Positions 58,278 through 64,000 of a stretch of DNA of 64,000 nucleotides are shown piece by piece (position 1 is the first letter of the stretch; each line of letters opens with the position of its first letter). Position numbers and translations under genes: made by a program. The stretch is from Methanobacteriota archaeon (GTDB lineage: Archaea > Halobacteriota > Bog-38 > Methanoflorentales > Methanoflorentaceae): positions 1,926,105-1,990,104 of the forward strand of contig OY969693.1 of NCBI GenBank assembly GCA_963701995.1, written 5' to 3'. Below the pieces are notes generated by a model, which was not told where the DNA came from, did not search any database, and saw only the letters and a list, made by a program, of their open reading frames with translations.

Positions 58278-58793
58278 TCAGCTTCTTAGAACTTTCAAAT
58301 AAACGTTCTTAACTCCATTGTTCTTCTTATCTTGAACTATCTCTTCAATTTTTGACCCAAGTTCTTTTCTGATCGCAGGATTACTTTTTACGATTTGTGT
58401 CAAGGCAAAGGCAGCACACCAGCGAACCACTGTGCTCTTGTCTTTGGTATTCACTAAAAGTTTGGGAATTGCCTTTTTTACTTCAGTTGGGTATTTCTGT
58501 GCCAGATTCCCTATTGTTTCAGGCACTCCCCACTTCACTCTCGGCGCCTTGTAGTTAATGTAGTCAACTAAATCGTCGATGTAAGGCGCCACGATCTGAG
58601 GCTTATCCTTCGAAACGTGTTTCATTACGTCTGCAGCTGTTCCTTTTTCAACGTCAGAACCAGACTTCAAAATCTCAATTACTTGAGAAAACACTTTTTG
58701 ATCTTTTTCAATGCTTTCAGTTAAGAATGCAACCAGTTCCTTCGGCTTACCTTTCCAGTTTCTTATTTCATCTGTCACGTTCATATCATACAC
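58278..58793 (-). CDS. HEAT/ARM-like helical repeat protein
   Basis: 171 aa. ..VEKGTAADVMKHV.., ..VKWGVPETIGNLA.., ..VVRWCAAFALTQI.. are repeat-like helices. AT-rich like the ferritin gene. Confidence 0.5.
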   Translation of the reverse strand: MYDMNVTDEIRNWKGKPKELVAFLTESIEKDQKVFSQVIEILKSGSDVEKGTAADVMKHVSKDKPQIVAPYIDDLVDYINYKAPRVKWGVPETIGNLAQKYPTEVKKAIPKLLVNTKDKSTVVRWCAAFALTQIVKSNPAIRKELGSKIEEIVQDKKNNGVKNVYLKVLRS

Positions 58794-59200
58794 TTATCCG
58801 AAAGACAAATCGTACCACGTTACATGTTTCTCAAAAAGCGTGCAGGTCGGAAAAACGTCAAAATTAACTAACCTCTCTGTAGCAGCGAGGCGGCTCGCAA
58901 CCAGCCCTCAACAGCCCATCCAAGTTCGCGGGATTGATGTATTCGGACTTGTATCCTTCTGCCTATCGCGACTTTGGATCTATTTATGCTACGGTTGGCC
59001 GTGAATTATCCGAAAGCTGCGGTATATCTGCTCCAAAAGTATCAGCCGCATCATCTTTTGGCAAGATCATCCAGAGAGCCCACCAATTGGCAGCTTGCCG
59101 GCGCTTTACAAGCCGTAACTTCACGAAGTTTTGCACCGGCTTGAAAAAGAAGCTTTGAGCGTCCTCCAATTTCTCAAAAGACGCTGTTATCTGCTTTTAA

Positions 59201-59347
59201 TTATTCACCTCCGTGATGATCTTCGCTATATACGGCGAACCCTGCGTCAACGAGTGTAGCCGCATCTCCGCTGTCGAGCTGCAAACCGTCGCCGGCTCTG
59301 TATCTGCCACAGCTTCTGACAAACCTTATGCTTTTAGGAACTTTCAC
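59201..59347 (-). CDS. Small hypothetical protein (48 aa, not in ORF track)
   Basis: GGAGG lies 10 nt upstream of a GTG. Translation is VKVPKSIRFVRSCGRYRAGDGLQLDSGDAATLVDAGFAVYSEDHHGGE. Confidence 0.3.
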   Translation of the reverse strand: MKVPKSIRFVRSCGRYRAGDGLQLDSGDAATLVDAGFAVYSEDHHGGE

Positions 59348-60180
59348 CTTGCGCTCACCTCCTTTTTACCAAATGAGTATAGGGCTCGTAAGGCCCCACG
59401 TAACCGCTGAGAACAGCAAAAGCTCGAGCGCACATATAGGGTCAGCGAAGCCTTTGTGGCCCCGTAGAACGCTTCCCCGCTCTCCGAAATTTTCTGCTCG
59501 TAGTTTGAGGGCTCTTGAATCAGGTTATCGGCCTCTCCGCTCTTATCCGAAAAGATGCACGCTCCCGCTCTCAAGTGCCGTGATGATGAGCGAGGCGAGC
59601 TGCTGTTTTGAGACTTGTCGTCAAAGTCGATATTGCTCGGTCGGCAATGCCTTTTGCACGATCTCCACGACCGGCCGACCAATCCCGGTCGCATCACAGT
59701 ACCGGTTTGCAGATATGAGTTTTGTCCAGCATAGGCTTCAAGCTGCCGGTCGAGTTTGACCAGCTTCTTCACCATCCTCGTTCCATTCTTTCACCTTTCT
59801 GCGTTAGTGCATTGCTCGACTTGAACCTGTCAAATAGTCCCACGTTGATCCCCCAGTACAAGCACGCGGGCATATTTATAATTCTTCTTTAAATTGGGAA
59901 CACAGGTAGCTCACTTGCTATGCTGGGGAATCCTTTAGCTACCTTGCTAGGCAAGAGGGAGCCCTTGCGCTTGTTTTCACTCAACCGAAACCCCAAAAAA
60001 AGATACATCAAAAATCGGGATTATCAAAATACCTTAACGTGCTCGTGGCGGCTTTAGTCATTTCTCAAGCGATTTGTGAACAAAAACGCCCTCACGATTA
60101 CGCTCCGTTATATGCTTTCGTCTAGCGCATCGGCAGCAGAATCGTGAGGGTCGAGTAGAAACGACATCGGTGCTGCGTCT

Positions 60181-60723
60181 GTTGTGGAGAAGCAACATGA
60201 CAAGGATTATTACGATAAAGAAGTATTTTTGGGAAGGGTTGCAGAGCAACATCCACTAAAATAAGGATTGAAATCGAGGATTCAAAACATAAGGGTGGTT
60301 CTACAGTTATGACCGAAGGAGATTGGTTTAAAGTGAGAATGTGGGAGTTAAAGAAGCTGCTGCGTGGTTCCGATTACAATACCATATACGATGAGTTCGG
60401 GGGTGAAGTTATCGCTGACCTAACTGAATGGCTCAAGATGAAAGGAGCAGCGAAGTTCCAGAATAACCTCAATCCAGTGGTTGCAATCACAGAGAAAGAC
60501 GATGTGGTATTCCTCCAGGACTTCGAAGAAGCTCCTACCGACCGGAGCAAAGCGATTATTCACCTTGACGGGCTGTATGAGTTTATAAAAGAAAAGGTGC
60601 ACCAAGATGTCTAGATCCATCGCTGTAAGGCTGCAGAGCAACATCCACTAAAACAAGGATCGAAACCGCACTTAGATGCAATAAGCGCTGGAAAGATCAG
60701 TTGCAGAGCAACATCCACTAAAA
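60181..60723 (+). CRISPR. Orphan, partly degenerate mini-CRISPR array (37-nt repeat ending ATTGAAAC) with one 355-bp ORF-bearing 'spacer'
   Basis: R1 is 60238-60274 (GTTGCAGAGCAACATCCACTAAAATAAGGATTGAAAT) and R2 is 60630-60666 (GCTGCAGAGCAACATCCACTAAAACAAGGATCGAAAC). R3 is 60700-60723 (truncated) and a degenerate copy lies at 60181-60213. A 33-nt spacer occupies 60667-60699. Confidence 0.7.
60309..60614 (+). CDS. Hypothetical small acidic protein encoded between CRISPR repeats R1 and R2
   Basis: 101-codon ORF with GGGTGG 10 nt upstream of the ATG, on the same strand as the repeat orientation. No recognisable motif. Confidence 0.55.
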   Translation: MTEGDWFKVRMWELKKLLRGSDYNTIYDEFGGEVIADLTEWLKMKGAAKFQNNLNPVVAITEKDDVVFLQDFEEAPTDRSKAIIHLDGLYEFIKEKVHQDV

Positions 60724-61468
60724 GGCGTGTGTGTCTTTTCAGCTGCGCTTGCGTGTTCCATTCGCCCTCTCCGTAGCTCCTGACTCGTTATTTCTTTTTT
60801 CGATTCCCTTTGATTTATGGCCCCCTTCAGCAGCAACGCTGCAACCTTCTCATTTTACAGCAAAAAAGTGCCTTCGAGGGCATTTCAAACTATCAAGAAA
60901 AAAAGGAAAAAAAGGTAATAAGCACGCTGAAAACAAGCCGCGCGATAAGCAGCCACGCTAAGGCCCGGATCCGGGCTTGGTGGCACGTGTAGGCTATAGA
61001 CCAGCTCACCAAGTGTCCACGTGCGAACCGTAGAGGCTTTTTCATTCAAGAATTTTATCAGTCTCCTCTCGCTCCTTTGCTTTCTCTCTCGAGTCCTCGG
61101 CTGCTGTTTGGGTGTCTAACTTACGCCTCAAATCATCCATAGCCGCCCGCACCCGTAGAATCTCGGCTCGATACTGAGTATAAAGCTCTGGAAAATCCTC
61201 TAAATAGAGGTCAATCTCGTCACAGCGTCATACAACACGTCGCTAATCATCTTTCTGGACCTCCCAAAGGTTCAAAGGTTCGATTCGCATAATGCAGCAT
61301 GCGGCATCAATAAACTCGTATCAGTCCTACAGTAGTAGCAGCAACAGGGCGATAAACAAAACTGCTATGAGCGAACCCCTTTTCACGAGATGTTCAGATG
61401 CGTCTGCAATGCGCTTTAAGTGGTCTTTTTCTCCCGGTCGCACGTCCTAATCAACCGCGCCTCTTTTT

Positions 61469-61624
61469 TTAAATCCCCTGCTCCTCGGCAAATTCAACGC
61501 TCAGAAAAAACGTCTTTGAAATCGCAGTCTTGCGCAAGCTGATTGAATAACGCAATTGCCCCCGTATGTCTGCGAGCGTTATCTTGGTATCAGCAATCGT
61601 GGCTATCATTAGTTTTTCAGACAT
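61469..61624 (-). CDS. Small ORF with UPF0175-like (antitoxin-type) C-terminus
   Basis: 51 aa: MSEKLMIATIADTKITLADIRGQLRYSISLRKTAISKTFFLSVEFAEEQGI. It resembles the ..S.GKAAE.....EF...L.E.GI ending of UPF0175. No clear SD or partner gene. Confidence 0.3.
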   Translation of the reverse strand: MSEKLMIATIADTKITLADIRGQLRYSISLRKTAISKTFFLSVEFAEEQGI

Positions 61625-62312
61625 AGGTAACGAATGTAAGAGAGTGAATTAATTTACCCGTTAATCATAGACCGTCAAAGGTTCATTAAATTCGCTAGCT
61701 GTAAGCTTCGCGGCGATGCCGAGCGCGTCCCTTTTTGCGAATATTATCGCCGTCCGCGCCTCGTGGCATATTGACGGTTCTACGCTACCTACGAGAACGG
61801 CCTCGACGTGCGGCAACGACTATAATGAATGGCGCTATTTATTCGTTCTCGATGCCACTTCCGAAATATGCGAGCTTTTTCTATCCCTGTTCTTAAATGA
61901 CACGCCTCGTACGGCCTATTATCAACATATATTGGTAATGTCATCTTATCAGGACCGAAAACGACGGTGAGAAAATCTTAACTGGCCAGCGGAATAACTC
62001 ACTTAACAACGATGATGGATTGTCGACGGTGCGAAAAGTTTAACGGTTGCAAACTGCGCGGTAAGGGGGATCGCGTCCCATATTGCGATCAGTACCGACG
62101 TCCGCACCGTATCATGTACACGACATAGCAAGAAGCCGTCATAGAGGTTGCCGATGACTAGCCTGGAACCGCGCTTTTATCCAAGCCAAGACGTTAAGTG
62201 CATAAATTATGACCGCGCTTCTATGTGGTTTATTGGTCTCGCGCTTATCATTATAGGCTTTTTTTATCTTTTTTATACTAAAGCAACACTTGTTTGAGGG
62301 AGGATAAACACA

Positions 62313-62648
62313 ATGACCAATAAAGAGAAGTTTATCTTGAACGAGCTTAAGCGGCTCCAGGGCGAGATCGACGTGCTTAAGGAAGTCTACGCGCATTATT
62401 TGGATGAAGGACTGAAGCGCGAGGCACGGGTCGAGGATGCAATGAATAAAATGCTTACTATAACGAAGGAGCGGGTAACAGAGGCCGATAGCGAGCAATC
62501 AGAGAAAAATATCACGCACTCGAAGAGGCCGGTGGAGAAGATTGCGGAGCTTGAGGAGAAGATTGCGGAGCTTGAGGAGAAGATTGCGGAGCTTGAGGAG
62601 AAGATTGCGGAGCTTGAGGAGAAGATTGCGGAGCTTGAGGAGACATGA
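62313..62648 (+). CDS. Coiled-coil protein with C-terminal (KIAELEE)x5
   Basis: GGGAGG lies upstream of the ATG, and the protein has a heptad-like composition. It is preferred over the antisense ORF 62139..62498. Confidence 0.6.
   Translation: MTNKEKFILNELKRLQGEIDVLKEVYAHYLDEGLKREARVEDAMNKMLTITKERVTEADSEQSEKNITHSKRPVEKIAELEEKIAELEEKIAELEEKIAELEEKIAELEET
62535..62639 (+). repeat. Five perfect tandem copies of a 21-bp unit
   Basis: GAGAAGATTGCGGAGCTTGAG x5 without a mismatch. Confidence 0.9.
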
Positions 62649-63140
62649 ACAAGGGCGCGTTTTTTTGTACAACTGAGAGTTAACCCTCCTCTTATTTTCC
62701 AGTGTTCTTTTTTTAAGAGTTTGAATGGCGTGGAGCCTTCACGTGGAACAACCGTAGACGGCTCCTTTTCCCTAAACACTTCAGAATGTTGAGTATGCGC
62801 AGTGATCAATTTGCGTGGGTTTACAGCCGCTTAACGGGGCTCTCTTTCGCAGAGAGTTTCTCTTCTTCCGATCGCAGCGATTAAGCGAGAGCGCTGACGA
62901 GGTGCTTATTACTATGCTGTCGATCAATACCAGATGCTTTTTTTAATTTACCAGAATCTGTGCTGCACGAGATTCATCACCGCAGCAGAATCTCTGTCGA
63001 TCGTGCAAAAGCAGATTACGCCTATCCAGCAATATGGTTGCCCCACCATTTCTGCGGGCTTTGGAATCTACGAACACAGTCTGCGAACGTTGCAAGTGGG
63101 TGGCAGCAACTATAAGCTTATGCGAGTCCATATATAACTA

Positions 63141-63713
63141 GTGAAGAAAAACAAAGAAGACAAAGCAACGCTGGCGTATCTCGAGAAGTTGGTTGGTCAA
63201 CAGGGCCTTGAAATGATCAAGCGACTTTCAAAAAATGAGTTGACGGACCAGCAGATAGCAGAAGAAACTGGTTCTGACCTGAACACTGTGAGGCGGACGC
63301 TATTCACTTTGTACGAGCATCGCCTCGCCTTCTATACGCTTCAGCGCGACAAAGAAACTGGATGGATGTTGTATCGATGGCTCGTAAACTTTGACGATAT
63401 TGAGCGTCGCCTCGCTGATGATGCTAACAAGCTTATCTCAAAGCTCGAGACGTGGCTGGATGGAGAGCTGAACACCGCCTATTACACGTGTGACAACAAC
63501 TGCGGCCGCTACACGTTTGACATGGCGAGTGGCTACATGTGTGGATACGAATTTGTGTGCCCTGTGTGCAAGCAAAGCCTCCACTACGACGACACGTCCA
63601 AGCTGACCGATACTATGCAAGGAAAAATTAGCGAATTAAAGACCGACGTTCAAGCCGTCTTCTATCCGGAGAACTCGTCGATTTTTGAACTTGTCCAGAC
63701 AGAACAAGAATAA
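63141..63713 (+). CDS. tfe: Transcription factor E (TFE alpha)
   Basis: Winged helix ..LTDQQIAEETGSDLNTVRRTLFTLYEHRLA..RDKETGWMLYRW.. and zinc ribbon C..C...CPVC. GTG start. Confidence 0.85.
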   Translation: MKKNKEDKATLAYLEKLVGQQGLEMIKRLSKNELTDQQIAEETGSDLNTVRRTLFTLYEHRLAFYTLQRDKETGWMLYRWLVNFDDIERRLADDANKLISKLETWLDGELNTAYYTCDNNCGRYTFDMASGYMCGYEFVCPVCKQSLHYDDTSKLTDTMQGKISELKTDVQAVFYPENSSIFELVQTEQE

Positions 63714-63806
63714 AAAGCCTTGTCGCGCGTCAAGTCGGGCACCTTTTTTCGCGCTCTGCCGGTTGAAGTCCTGATGTCCTTGAAATGGAGACCGATTCCA
63801 CGCCTG

Positions 63807-63999
63807 CTAAAAGACTGACTTTTGCAGCGCCTCCTCCACTGTCTGATGTGGGGTTTCACTTTTTTCGCTGAGCAAGGCTTTGATAATCGGCTGCACGGCT
63901 CTCGTATCACCGATCTCCCCGAGCGCATAGGCGGCGTTGCCCCGAACCGTGCTGTCTGTGTCACCTAATGCCCGAATGAGTGGTTCTAAGGCTTTTTTG
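63807..63999 (-). CDS. HEAT-repeat protein, C-terminal part (5' end beyond window)
   Basis: The reverse frame reads [63 protein letters not shown], then a stop (63807-63809). It is not in the track because it has no Met. Confidence 0.7.
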   Translation of the reverse strand, partial: KKALEPLIRALGDTDSTVRGNAAYALGEIGDTRAVQPIIKALLSEKSETPHQTVEEALQKSVF

Positions 64000-64000
64000 T

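Noticed and set aside
59201-59347. Assigning the 48-aa ORF to archaeal GINS because of a GD...L....A..L...G.A pattern
   Set aside because: The pattern is short and generic, and the ORF is far shorter than a GINS subunit. It was kept only as a low-confidence hypothetical ORF.
60058-60252. 64-aa minus-strand ORF overlapping the degenerate CRISPR repeats
   Set aside because: It runs antisense through repeat and leader-like DNA, is hydrophobic and low-complexity, and has no start context.
61650-61960. PIN/DUF3368-like toxin partner for the UPF0175-like mini-ORF
   Set aside because: Only very short, stop-riddled fragments (e.g. ..YFGSGIENE*, ..IIVVAARRG..) vaguely resemble such a domain. This is not enough to call a toxin-antitoxin pair.
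62139-62498. 119-aa minus-strand ORF
   Set aside because: It overlaps the SD-preceded coiled-coil ORF on the plus strand. It has no motif or start signal of its own.

Overview
This is an archaeal chromosomal window. Archaeal markers are aRF1, TFE, Taw1, digeranylgeranylglycerophospholipid reductase and TATA-like boxes about 25 nt upstream of start codons. Bases 1-22.7 kb are mostly core genes, nearly all on the minus strand. They hold a tandem array of TrmB-family regulator paralogues (two decayed, two reduced to the C-terminal domain, one with a duplicated HTH) and an MfnF/MfnD-like enzyme pair. They also hold a seven-gene tetrapyrrole/siroheme operon (sirC-hemA-hemB-hemL-hemC-cobA-hemD), a HEAT-repeat protein, taw1, argS, prf1 and hypC-hypA-hypE. 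From about 22.8 to 50 kb the window becomes a compositionally patchy accessory mosaic organised around a tRNA-Asp gene. It contains a tyrosine-integrase element whose ORF reads through a 40-nt copy of the tRNA 5' half (SSV-type partitioned integrase), two further integrase remnants, and a recurring hairpin junction repeat. It also carries many frameshifted or nonsense-disrupted genes, a GT2/radical-SAM-SPASM/methyltransferase/DUF2064 cluster and a MacB-like ABC exporter. The right third carries a solute-binding protein, DUF72, a GC-rich GH130 gene and a 624-aa HEAT-repeat protein built from long perfect DNA repeats. It also carries an AT-rich ferritin block, an orphan mini-CRISPR array in which a 101-codon ORF occupies a spacer position, a coiled-coil protein with 5x21-bp repeats, and tfe. 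All calls come from reading the translations and the DNA by eye; no database search was run. Many frameshifts lie in homopolymer runs and could be sequencing errors.
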